A program made the position numbers and the translations under genes. A model generated the notes under the pieces. It saw only the letters and a list, made by a program, of their open reading frames with translations. It searched no databases and had not been told where the DNA came from. 64,000 bases of DNA from Thalia democratica (lineage: Eukaryota), in the NCBI GenBank assembly GCA_965202585.1, contig OZ241834.1:20770001-20834000 (forward strand), in the 5' to 3' direction. Of the stretch, positions 12,684 to 25,198 are shown piece by piece. Within the stretch, counting starts at the first letter, position 1. The number at the start of each line of letters is the position of its first letter.

Positions 12684-13789
12684 CGCGCTATTTAAAACAT
12701 CCCAACTGATATTCTCGTCAACAAAAAACTTGTATATTAAAGGTAAAAAAAAATAGCGCGTCATACGAGAGATATGATATTGTCTTCATGTACTGATAAA
12801 AGTAGTTTAAACTTATGAAAATCGTTTTTAAAGTACATTTCAAAATATAAGTTTTTCTTTATGCTACATGTATCAATTGTACGCTTAAGTTAAAAAACAT
12901 ATAGTTATAAAGTAAAAAAAAGCCAAGCATATGATGCCTTAAAACTACGGAAAAAGAATTTTAAAAATCTTAAACAATTTTGTTAAAACAATAATTTTTG
13001 GTAATAAATTTGCACGATTTACTTAAATCTATAAATAAATAAAAATCTAACCTTTTTAAATTTAATTTTTTAACTTGTTATAAATAGCTTGTAAATATAA
13101 TTTCAAATGTAGTCTTGAATTTCTGAATTAAAAAAAACTACAACTAAGTGCTTTTTTGTCTTAAAAAGCTTAAAAGCTGTAATACTGAAAGTTTGAACTA
13201 AAATAGTTTGTCAAATAACGTAAGAAAGGTTTAGCGTAATATTAAAATTATGTGACTTTTTAACTACAAATTTCATAATTAAAACTGTCCCAGCACCGCA
13301 GTAAAAATTATTGTAGCGGTGACAGTACAAAAAGATGTAAAATTGTTAGAAAAATTTAAGCTAAAGATGATAAAAGATATTAATAAAAGTGTACTATTGT
13401 TAATTTGTTTTTATGACAAAATGCTTTGATTTTGTGCATTGTATAATAACGAGTAAAATAATAAATACACTATGTATTTAAAACACGACAACTGTGTTAA
13501 AAAAACTTTAATTTACAAGTTACTTCAGAACTATTAACAAACCTCAAAATGAATTTTCAATAAATTATATAAAAGGCGCAGACGGTAGGCTTAGTTCAAT
13601 ATCTACTGAATTGTAACCAAGACCTTTTTAAGCTACTCATTTTCAAAACCTCAAAATATCTAGTAAAAGATTTAAGCTTTCCCTTCAGGCCTAAAAATAT
13701 CTAGTGCAAGTTTCGAAATTTTTATAAATCATACCGAGGAAGCTTAATTTTCCAAATATCAGAATAACTAGTGTAAGCTTTGAAAATTC

Positions 13790-13862
13790 AGTTGCTGGTG
13801 GGCCGCACTTTTTAATCTTCAAGAGCCAGAATAGACCCGCGGCCACCGTTTGCCGACCCCTG
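13790..13862. mobile_element. Right end of a hAT-type MITE
   Basis: GGGCCGC...CCCGCGGCCACCGTTTGCCGACCCCTG, typical hAT MITE terminus; left TIR not found. Confidence 0.45.
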
Positions 13863-14006
13863 GCTTATAGCTAACAAGAAAACATGTTTATAAACTAATA
13901 ATATAAAAGTGACAAAATGTAAGTGAAAACATGAGATAAGAAGTACTAAAATGTGTTTCAACTTTTCAAAATAACAATAACTTAAAAGAAATTAATCAGT
14001 ATATAC

Positions 14007-14261
14007 CAGGGTTTCCCAAACTTTTTTGCAAATGGCCCCCTTTAAAGAGTTTGAAAAAGCAATGGCCCCCTTCAACGTATAGGTTACTCATAAACTATAT
14101 ACATAAGACCTTTTTTATTTCTTTTTTTTTTTTTGCTCTTCATCTGCAACTCAAGAATATCTAGTGTAAGTTTTAAGTTATGGCCTCATGGCCCCCCCTG
14201 TGGCTCCTTTACTGCTCATGGCCCCCTGAGTATCTGTCATGGCCCACTTTGGGAAACCCTG
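14007..14261. mobile_element. Complete hAT MITE, 255 bp
   Basis: TIRs CAGGGTTTCCCAAA / TTTGGGAAACCCTG with a perfect 8-bp TSD GTATATAC (13999-14006 and 14262-14269); internal ATGGCCCCC repeats. Confidence 0.92.
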
Positions 14262-15221
14262 GTATATACACATGCCAAAAAAAATATTTCTTTATGTTTA
14301 CAAGATAGTATAAAAGATACTCTAAAAAATAGTTTTCATTTTGTTAAATAGGTGCTAATTTTTAAACAATTTTTGAATTGCAAATGCTGTAAGAATAACT
14401 GTGTTGTAACATTTTTAAGTATTTTAATTTAAAGTACCTCTTTCTATCAAATCTACCGACCATCCTTTTTTGAACTCGCTTATAGAATAAAAAGTTTTAT
14501 ATTTACTTTAAGGACATCTTGCTTGTTAGATAATTTTTTAGTAGAAAATTAAATCTAGAATGCTTTTGTTGACCGATTAATTACATTCCTCATTTTACGG
14601 ATAAAACTGTTAAAAACAAGCGTTGTAAATTAACTGGAACAAAGATTAAAAGAGTTTTATCATATTTGTTAACGTGATAATTTTTTTCACTTATTTCAAA
14701 ATATCCGGTTTATTTCGATAAACTATTGATAAACGTGATAACTTTCGATTAATTCGTAATCAAATTCGCTTGGTTAATACAAAGTTTAATGAAATGTACT
14801 AATAGATGTTGGCTTTCAAATCATAAAAAGATATACATATGATGAATTCTTGGTAAAGTGTTGTATTTTAAAAACAATAAGTTAACCGTAAAGTTATTTA
14901 AAACCTGTTTACTAAAAAAAAAAAATAATGTACAAGTTTATTTTACACTATCGTAAAAAAGTGCTCTTTGTATATCTTATTATTTATTTTTTTAACTATC
15001 ATTCAAGTTTTTTAAGTCCCTGATACAAACAGCAACGTTTTATTGTTGAAAAATTATTAAGGTATATTTGAGTTGAATTAGCTCAGGAGAGCTTTTAGAT
15101 TTTTTTCAAATGGTACCTACATGATTTGCTTTTTTATTAGCAAACATTTTCTATTTAAACAAGCTAAAACAAATTTGTTATTATCAAATTGAATAGTGGA
15201 AATGCTTATAGCTTGTTTTAA

Positions 15222-15312
15222 TGGACAAAACGTAAAAAGGTATCCGTGGTGTGCGACTCAATAAACAAAAGGTTCTTCGTGCACCAGGTCCTAGGACCAA
15301 ATGTTTTAAGTG
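15222..15312 (+). repeat. Dispersed ~90 bp repeat (SINE-like fragment), copy 2
   Basis: Reverse complement of 1415-1507 with few mismatches. Confidence 0.6.
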
Positions 15313-17481
15313 TTTTTTTTCTCGTTCAATAAACCATAATAATAATTAACAAAATGATGATAAGTAAATTTTTGACACAACTAAAACTGTTTACCAAATT
15401 GGAAACACTTAGCTTTTTCTTTTATTACACTTTATAATTTTTAAAAAATATTGATGAACAAATTTGATACTTATAACAGTAAAAATTTACAAAATATTTT
15501 TTCTAAACATTGAAGATTTTTTTAAATACAATTTAAAGACACGCTTAATAAGAACTACTAAAATTGTCCCTAAAAAACTTTATAATATAAAAACAAGCTA
15601 TAAAAGTAAAAAAAATCGATTATAGTTTATACCTAATAGTAATTTATAACTAACAATTTTCTAACCAAATTTAAATTTCCAAATTGTTACTTGCATTAAA
15701 AAAAATTATACATAAAAGTTAAAAAAAAGTATTTGTTCATTTTATATTCGACATTAAAAGTAGTGTTTAATATCAAATAATACCTTAGTAAATATAAACT
15801 AGTTGTAACGAAGTTATTTAATAAATGTTGAGATAACGATAAAAGTTAAATACAAACTGTAAACTAAAAACTTACCAAAATGTTATGCCGTTGCGTAAAA
15901 CAACAACTTTAATTCACCTACTAAGTTTCTGCTTTAATTAGTACTAAACTTTTAATTTTAAAACTTAACTTACGGACTAATGTTAGAGCAATTTATGAAG
16001 TTTTTGCTAAAAATATTTTTTTCTACCTTTTTAATCTACAAACCGCTTATGAGTTCAATTAAAATGGAAATACAAATCTAGCTTCAAAAATGTTTTAGTA
16101 TAATTACAATGCTTTAATGTTTAACCACAAAAATAAATCAAACAGACGTTTTGTTTAGTTCATTTTGAGCACTAAACATACATTTTTTATAAAGCAGTTA
16201 ATGTTTTTTTTTCTACGCGGAAATCTTCAATTTTTTTTAGGCAATATAGAAAACTTTTGGTTACTTCAAAATTAAAGTTTTAGGAAAATTTACTGACATT
16301 AATTGTCGTTAAACAAAAGCATAAGTACATATTTTTAATTAAACGATATAGTTATTACTGTGAGTCCTTTAAATTTTAAGTTATTTATATTTTTTAACAC
16401 TATTTACAAAATATTAGATTAAGTGCTTATGTACACGATAACAATACATGTTAATTAGCCAGCACTACTTTAAAAACTTTTAATATTAAGGTTTATAAAA
16501 TAAGAACAAAAGGTTAAATTTACACTTGTTTTTTGACTGTACGTTTTAATTTGTTGGTATACAAACATTTTAAGATTTGGTTTAAAATAAATAATTCATG
16601 TTTAAATAAGTTTTAGCACAACAACCAGTTTTAATAGTTTTGAATAAACTATAACTTAATAATATTAAATAAACATAATTTAAACAATTTTTAAGCATTG
16701 TTGTGTACGACTCGACAACCGAAAGGTTCCTTGTACACCAGTTCTTCAGCAAAACTTTTTAAGCGTATTTTTTAATCGTTCAATTAACAATACATATTGT
16801 GCAAAAATAAAAACGTTTATACTCAAAAAAAATGCGCTTTATGAAAATAAAAAATAAAGTAGTAACGTTTGCGTAATATCTTTATATACATTTTAACAAT
16901 CATTTTTTTCTATTCTGTTTTGCTAAAAATGTTTTAAAATGCTATCTAAATTTCATCTTAACAAATACAACACTGTTATAACATAAAAATACTAACAGGT
17001 TTTTTAGATTAATCAATACTTGTTTAAGTTTTCTAAACTCGATTCATTATGGTATACAATAGAATCAACGTTCGTTTGCAGCACTTCTTGACAGTATATT
17101 ATTTTTCAAGTCTTAATTTCTTATAATAAATGTAGCCTATAGAAGCTTACATTGGCAAAATAATTACTTAGTAAAAGATCTATATAAAATCTCAAATTCG
17201 ATAATTTTATGTTTTTTTAAAGGTTTGCAAAAGAAATTTTAAATTTAAGTTGGTTTTAAATTACTTGAATCACAAATAAATTATTTTAAAGAAATGGTAA
17301 GTTTTACCTTGAGAGCAAAGAATAAAAAACAATAGTTTTTTCACTAATTTTTCTGTTTAAGTTTTCGGTGTATATTGCACAAAAAAAACAACAAAAATAT
17401 TACTGAATTTTTTTATTGTCGAACTAATAGAATTATGACAGAAACAGGTTTAATGTAAAAACGTTTTTAATTTAAGCGTAT

Positions 17482-19293
17482 TCATCTCCTAATGTACCTT
17501 CTGTGTTCGCACACGAAGTTAGCTGTAGCGTCGCATTCACGCAGGTAAACTGGTTTTTCCAGATTTCTGTTGTACTGAAGGCAGTAACCTTTTTTGAAAT
17601 TCTTGTTTTCACTGTTTATCCAGAAATTTCCGCCGGTTTCAGTCAACGGGTAAAGTGCAGTCCTGTGATTAGAATTTTTTATCAAGTTTGCTTTCTTTTA
17701 GTTGTTCACATAACCAGTGTCGTTTTAATTTGTTACAAGATTTTAAATATGGTAGATAATCTGGAAAGTGTGAACTTATTAAACACAAATAAGAATTAAA
17801 AAAAATTAGCGAAAAATTTTGAGCTTGATGAACAGAATACTTTACTGAAAACTAACTTAATGTTTTTCACTGATTTCTCGTAAAGCGTGTCTTTCACCAG
17901 CCAACCATCTTCAGTCACGTTGAAGTAGGTGAAAAAGTTGGCCACGACGTATCCCTTGCGGTAGCTCTGGCACACTGCCCTGCCCTCATCGTAAGTCTTG
18001 TGCCTGTAACCGAACTCGTAATGCACTGTGGAGGTGTCGTGCAAGTTGCTGTTGGGTATCAGCAGAGTGTCTTGATCAACGTAGAACATCCAACTGTACT
18101 CTTTTGAAATTAAACTTGAGTTAATGAGATCTTTGAATAAAAACCGGTCAGAAACTCTAAAAGGTAGCTTGTTTTGTTCTTTTTAATATTTTTAAAATTT
18201 GATTATTTTCACTCCAAGTATTTAAACTTTATCACCAAAGCAATGTTTTACTTGTTTAAACAGCTTTAACGAGGCTTTGAGTTTGTTAAAAAACCTTAAT
18301 CGAATACATTTTCTTAACTATATTCACTGTAAACTTAAAAAATAAAAGAACAAAAATTCAGAAACAAATCAACAACCAACCGTAGCACTTCCCCCAACTG
18401 CCTCTGCCTCCCTCGATATAACACCACGGGGTGGCGCTGGTGTGCTCAACCCAACTTTTAGTCGAACTCGAACCTATCATGCCCTTCTCAGCGACCGTCC
18501 ACGTCTCGTACCTCTTCGTGCACGAGTCCCAGAACTTGGGCCGAAGCTGCTTGCCGTGGTACTCGCTAAAGTCGCACCGGCGGCCGCCTAGGGTCTTCGC
18601 GAAAAGGTTGAAAGCACCTTTTGTTTGTATTGGTAGATGAGAAAAAAAGTTAGTGAGCACTACACAGCAGGCTTGAAAAAAACACTGTGTTTAGTCTTGT
18701 AAAATCCCCGGCAGTAAGAGTTAAGTTATTATTTTAGTTGATTTAACTCCTACTGTCGGGGTTTACTTACACTAAGCGCAGTGCTTTTTACCAAGTCTGC
18801 TACACAGTAAAAATTTCGTTGAGACTTTTTATAACTAAAATATAGAAATCCATTTACAATTGTAAGAAAATGTGTTATTGTTTACTTATAACTACAACTA
18901 AAAGTAGCTTAACAACTGTTGTAAAAAAAATAATAATTTAAGTCTTTTTATAACAGTTTTGAGAAATTTATATTAAACAAGCAACTAGCTAACCGTAATG
19001 AGCATCACATAAAGTAGTCACAGTAGTTATAACCTGTTGAAAAATAAGTTTACTTGTTATATTTGGTAATCTTAACACAAAATATATCAATTAATTTAGT
19101 AATAGTCTATGTATTTTTAAACACTATTATTTTTTTTGTTGTTTTAATTAGTTTATTTACTAAAATAAATGTGATATAAGACTTTGTATAAAAACTTCAA
19201 AATAAAATTTTACAAGTAAAAAGTTTCAAAAACTTTGTAGTAATGTTTTACACTAACCACGACTACAAGTAGTAGAAAATGCAATTCCTTCAT
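17482..19293 (-). CDS. Secreted FN2-like + C-type lectin domain protein, intact copy; exons 19293-19258, 19033-18994, 18617-18381, 18100-17857, 17662-17482
   Basis: All joins phase-consistent: signal peptide MKELHFLLLVVVVITTVTTLCDA; 4-Cys FN2-like domain (GRRCDF..YHG..SCT..PWCY..WGKC); CTLD with four Cys (AVCQS, GYCLQ, RECDA, FVCE). The 3' end could instead splice at 17498. Confidence 0.75.
18699..18766. repeat. Short intronic hairpin (~24 bp imperfect arms); mirror copy at 20986-21053
   Basis: GTAAAATCCCCGGCAGTAAGAGTTAA ... TTAACTCCTACTGTCGGGGTTTAC. Confidence 0.6.
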
Positions 19294-20463
19294 CGTACCT
19301 TTTATTTCTTTTGTAGTAAAATTTTTTTTTGGTCTTTTATATATTTATGTATACTTGTCATGTGTTACACAACTAGCACTGTTTTATTTATTCTGACAAT
19401 AAAACTCCAAGCTTAATACTTATTCACAAATTATATAACTTGTACTAATTTTTGATTAACTGTTAAACTTTATTAGCTTTAATCTACTATTAGCATAATC
19501 TTTAATCTGTGTCTATTGTAATGGAAATTATAATGAGTGCACGATACATTGCCTCAAAAATTATACTAAATCGTGGTTTAAAATTTTTTGTTTTATATTA
19601 TATAATTGATAGTAGTATTTAATACAATTATTATAAAAAACTGTTCATCATTCAAGTCAAAGATTAACTTTTGTGTATTTTAATAACTATATGAAACTTT
19701 AATTTACTATAACTATTTGGGTCCATTTAATTGTCATAGGGTTGTATTATTTTTTTACTAAAGTTGACCTAAAATCAAATTACAACAATTGTTTTATTTT
19801 AATTTTTTCGACAAAAAACTAATAGCGACCAATTAACTTCTTAATTCCATACGTTTTTTGCTTTTTCCAATTTATTGTTTAAGATTTAAACATTTTTATT
19901 CATTCAAACGTTTTTGTTCGTTAATGTTATTTTATTTTTTGTAAATTTTCAATTATGAAAAAAAAACTTTTTAGTGCATAACTTTAACTGCATTTGAGTT
20001 GTCTACAAAAGTAGTAATTTATATATAAAGTATCTAGTTACTAAAATGCTTAAAAAGTTACATATACAAAAACATTAACGATTAAAAATGCTATTTTTGT
20101 GTAACATAATCTAAAGTTTTTAGTTTTTAATCTAACAATTATTTTTTTCGAAAAATATCTGTGTAACTTTGTTTTTTATACCTTTTAAAATTATTCTTTA
20201 ATACTAAATTAAAAAATAAAGTTGTTTCATTTAATCCTATCTTACTAAGTTTCAATGATTTAGTAAGACAAGAACTTATTTAAATAAAATGTTACGCTTT
20301 TAAAGTATTTTGACTCTAGCTATTTCCAAACATAACTACTAGAAATACTCTCTACTTAGAGTACAAAAGTACAAAAAATAATTTTGTTCGAGTATGATAG
20401 TAGTTTTGAAAGCAAAGGTACGATGAAACAAAGGTACGAAAGCAAAGAGAAATAAAAGGTACG

Positions 20464-22257
20464 ATGAAGGAATTGCATTTTCTACTACTTATAGCCGTGG
20501 TTAGTGTAAAACATTACTACAAAGTTTTTGAAACTTTTTACTTGTAAAATTTTATTTTGAAGTTTTTATACAAAGTCTTTTATCACATTTATTTTAGTAA
20601 GTAAACTAATTATAACAGCTTAAAAAATAGAGTTTAAAAGTACAAAGACTATTACTAAATAAATTTATATATTTTATGTTAAGGTTACCCAAAATAACAA
20701 ATTAATTTATTTTTCAACAGGTTATAACTACTGTGACTACTTTATGTGATGCACATTATGGTTAGCTAGTTGCTTGTATAATATAAATTTCTTAAAACTG
20801 TTATAAGAAGACTTAAGTTATTTTTTTTTACAACAGTTGTAAAGCTAGTTTTAGTTGTAGTTATAAAAAACCGGTATCAAATTTTCTTATAATTGTAAGT
20901 GGATTTCTATATTAAAGTTATAAAAAGTCTCAACGAAATTGTTACTGTGTAGCAGACTAGGTAAAAAGCACTGCGCTTAGTGTAAGTAAACCCCGACAGT
21001 AGGAGTTAAATCAACTAAAATAATAACTTAACTCATACTGCCGGGGATTTTACAAGACTAAACACAGTGCCTTTTTCAAGTTCTTACCAACCATTTTTTA
21101 TCTACCAATACAAACAAAAGGTGCTTTCAACTATTTCGCGAAGACCCTAGGCGGCCGCCGGTGCGACTTCAGCGAGTACCACGGCAAGCAGCTTCGGCCC
21201 AAGTTCTGGGACTCGTGCACGAAGAGGTACGAGACGTGGACGGTCACTGAGAAGGGCATGATAGGTTCGAGTTCGATCGAAAGTTGGGTTGAGCACACCA
21301 GCGCCACCCCGTGGTGTTATATCGAGGGAGGCAGAGGCAGTTGGGGGAAGTGCTACGGTTGGTTGTTGATTTGTTTCTGAGTTTTTGTTCTTTTAACTTT
21401 TAAGTTTACAGTAATTATAGTTAAGAAAAATGTACGTGTATAAGATTTTATTAATCAACTCGAAGCCTTGTTAAGGTTGTTTAAACGAGTAAAACATTGC
21501 TTTGGTAATAAAGTTTAAATACTTGGAGTGAAAATAATCAAATTTTAAAAATATTAAAAAGAACAAAACAAGCTACTTTTTAGAGTTTCTGACCGGTTTT
21601 TATTCAAAGATCTCATTAACTCAAGTTTAATTTCAAAAGAGTACAGTTGGATGTTCTACGTTGATCAAGACACTCTGCTGATACCCAACAGCAACTTGCA
21701 CGACACCTCCACAGTGCATTACGAGTTCGGTTACAGGCACAAGACTTACGATGAGGGCAGGGCAGTGTGCCAGAGCTACCGCAAGGGATACGTCGTGGCC
21801 AACTTTTTCACCTACTTCAACGTGACTGAAGATGGTTGGCTGGTGAAAGACACGCTTTACGAGAAATCAGTGAAAAACATTAAGTTAGTTTTCAGTAAAG
21901 TATTCTGTTCATCAAGCTCAAAATTTTTTGCTTATTTTTTTTATTCTTTTTTGTTTTTAATGAATTCACATTTTTCAGATTAACTACCATATTCAAAAAC
22001 TTGTAACAAATTAAAACGATACTGGTTGTGTGGATAACTAAAAGAAAGCAAACTTGATAAAAAATTCTAATCACAGGACTGCACTTTACCCGTTGACTGA
22101 AACCGGCGGAAGTTTCTGAATAAAGAGTGAAAGCAAGAATTTCAAAAAAGGTTACTGCCTTCAGTACAACAGAAATCTGGAAAAACTAGTTTACCTGCGT
22201 GAATGCGACGCTACAGCTAACTTCGTGTGCGAACACAGAAGGTACATTAGGAGATGA
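20464..22257 (+). pseudogene. Second FN2-like + CTLD gene copy with a premature stop; exons 20464-20499, 20721-20760, 21121-21357, 21640-21883, 22077-22257
   Basis: Same exon sizes and splice sites as the left copy; TGG to TGA at 22117-22119 removes the CTLD Trp (GGNFW vs GGSF*). Confidence 0.75.
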
Positions 22258-24030
22258 ATACGCTTAAATTAAAAACGCTTTTACATCAAACCTGTTTCTG
22301 TCATAATTCTATTAGTTCGACAATAAAACATTTCAGTAATATTTTTGTTTTTACTTTTTTTTGTGCAATATACACCGAAATCTTAAACAGAAAAATTAGT
22401 GACAAAATAAAATGTTTTATATTCTTTGCTCTCAAGGTAAAACTTACCATTTCTTTAAAATAATTTATTTGTGATTCAAGTAATTTTAAACCAACTTAAC
22501 TTTAAAACTTGTTGTTCATACAAAAAAAAAAGTGGATCAATTAGATTTTATATAGATCTTTTACTAAGTAATTATTTTGCCAATGTAAGCTTCTATAGGC
22601 TACATTTATTATGAATAAGTTAGACTTAAAAAAATGTTACTGTCAAGAAGTGCTGCAAACGAACGTTGATTTTTTTTTTTGAATATGATAATGAATCGAG
22701 TTTAGAAAACTTAAATAAATATACATTAATCTAAAAATATTATTTGTATTTTGATGCTGTAATAGTGTTGTATTTGTTAAAATAAAATTTAGAAAACATT
22801 TAAAAACATTTTTAGCAAAACAGAGTAGAAAAAAATGATTGTTAAAATGTATATAAAGACATTATGCATATTTTAATACTTTATTTTTTATTTTTAAAAA
22901 GCGCATTCTTTTTTTAAGTATATTCGTTTTTATGACAGCACATATGTATTGTTTATTGTACGATTAAAAAATACGCTTAAAAAGTTTTGTCTAAGAACTG
23001 GTGATCACTTTCGGTTGTCGAGTCTTACATAACAGTTCTTAAAAAGTGTTTAAGATTTTTTCAAATAATGTTTATTTGATGTTTTTAAGTTATTTACATT
23101 GTAGTTTTTTCAAAACTATCAAAACTGGTTGTTATGCTAAAACTTAATTAAATTTAAATTATTTGTTTTAATCCAAATCTTAAAAGGTTAGTAAAACAAC
23201 AAATTAAATTGTACAGTTAAAAAACAAATGTAAATTTAACTTTTTTTTTTTTGAAAATAACGGGCCAGACTTACTAACAATATGGACCAGATATTTTAGA
23301 GAAAGAGTATTTTTAAATCCGCAATACTATGGAAAAAAGCAATTTTATAAAATTTAAAAACAGATAAGTTCAAAAAAATCAAACTCACCATAAAGTAACA
23401 CTAAAAATTACTTTAATTAAACTTTACCGTATTTATTATAAAAAATAAAAATTTAGTTAAGTTTAAAATATTTATAATATTTCTTAAACTTTACTTATAA
23501 TAAATAGAAAAACTTTTATTTCGTTAAAAAAAAATTTAGCTTCGAAATCATATAGAAAAATTACTAAAATTTATGATAGCTGTTAATTTTAAGCACTACT
23601 TGAATATATTGAAAATCTGACTCAATAACTTTATCCTGGTAAAATAGATTTACTTATAATCTTGCATTTCAAAAACTATGTTTTTAGTTCTTATAATGTC
23701 TTATACTGTTTTAAATTTATATAAAAAATGTTATAGATGTTCTTGAAAAACTTAAGCCTAAAAGCTAAAATAAAATGTTAATAAATCGAAAAAATTCATT
23801 AAAAAAATGTAAAATAGCTACGTTTTATTTTTTTATTTTATTTTTGGTTTAAACTTTCTATATTACGTGGGAATAAAACATAGTGTGTTTGTTTTTCAAA
23901 GACATTGCTAGTTTAAGTGTTTACGTTTTTTCACTTCACATAAGATGATTTTTATTTGCTATAAAAAACGTTATACTATTAATATTGACTGCAAAAAGAA
24001 TGCCCAATTTACACAGTGTAAAGAGCAAAG

Positions 24031-24174
24031 TATAATAAAACAAACGTTAATGTACTGCTTCGTTTAAATGCCAGGTTTATTTACCAGTAAACTTTACTGC
24101 CATTGTCTAAATGTTATTTACTGTTTTGACAAGGTAATCAAACGAAGCAGTACATAAACGTTTGTTTTATTATA
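24031..24174. mobile_element. Small MITE with ~35 bp TIRs
   Basis: TATAATAAAACAAACGTTAATGTACTGCTTCGTTT ... AAACGAAGCAGTACATAAACGTTTGTTTTATTATA. Confidence 0.7.
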
Positions 24175-25198
24175 AAAAAAGTTAGTAAATATTGTTTGTT
24201 TTTGTTTGTTTATTGCAATAAATTAAAATTTGTGAAAAAATACGAAAATGTACTTTGAATACATCGTGCTTTTAATTTTCAATAACTAAATTTTCTTATA
24301 TAGTTTAACTTATATAGTAAAATTTTCTTTTTTCAATATTTTTAATACAAAAAAATACAAAAAATACAAATAAATAAGTCAATTTAATTCTACTTTGAAA
24401 AAAAAAATCAATAAAATTATTTTATAGACTATTTTCATTTAAAAGATTGTACTTAAGTAAGTTTCAATTGAGTAAGTTTTATAATATAAGCTTTAAACTG
24501 GTAACAAAATGTAGTTTATTTATTTCAAAAGACAACTTACAACTTTAAAAGCTATCCGAAACTTAGTCTTAAATAACCAACAAGTTTGCTAAAATTGTTT
24601 ATCTGTACTTTAGCTCTATAATTCTATTTAAGCAGAAAAAAATCTTTAAGACAATAAAAGCAGATTAATAATTTAAATTACTACAAACATTTTAACCAAA
24701 ATCTTTTAAAATTAGAAAAAAAACTATTAACACTTTACCATTAGCCTAAAAGTATAAACTTGTAAAATTAGGTTTACTTAACTAATATATGTAGATGTAC
24801 TGTAGGAACATTTCATTAATAAGTTTATTAAAGCAACTATTTGTTTCTAAATTTAACGATCGTTCAAAAAATAATTTATTTTTATAGGTACTGTATTAAT
24901 GTCAAAGTATAGTAAATAAGTAAAACTGAATTATTTTAAAATTATTTGTAAAAGCTATTTTGATAAAGTAATTATTTTTAAAACTTATCGTCTTATAAAC
25001 GTTCGGTTTAAAGTTAAATGTTAATACTTGAAACAAACGATTAAAAAGGATAATAAAAAAAAGGTTATTGTATTAGTAATGTACTACTATTTACATAATT
25101 AGTTTTATCTTAATTTTTTTTGTTAAGTAGTGTTATACGATTGTTGATTCTAGTTAAAAAAGACTATCGTACAATTATGCAAACGTTGTTCACAAAAT

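Larger units (their letters stand above)
16505..23250. repeat. Large inverted duplication: arms ~16505-19312 and ~20445-23250, spacer ~1.1 kb
   Basis: Matching exon boundaries sum to about 39738-39757 (e.g. 18617+21121, 17662+22077); introns and 3' flanks also align in reverse complement. Confidence 0.93.

Noticed and set aside
13283-13328. Hairpin CACCGC...GCGGTG as a Helitron 3' end
   Set aside because: No CTRR terminus at the expected distance and no second copy.
12543-17498. Splicing of the FN2-CTLD gene into the TM exon at ~12.7 kb
   Set aside because: Donor at 17498 is phase 2 and the candidate acceptor is phase 0; the join hits a stop.
18381-18617. Kringle call suggested by PWCY
   Set aside because: Only four Cys in an FN2-like pattern; kringles have six.
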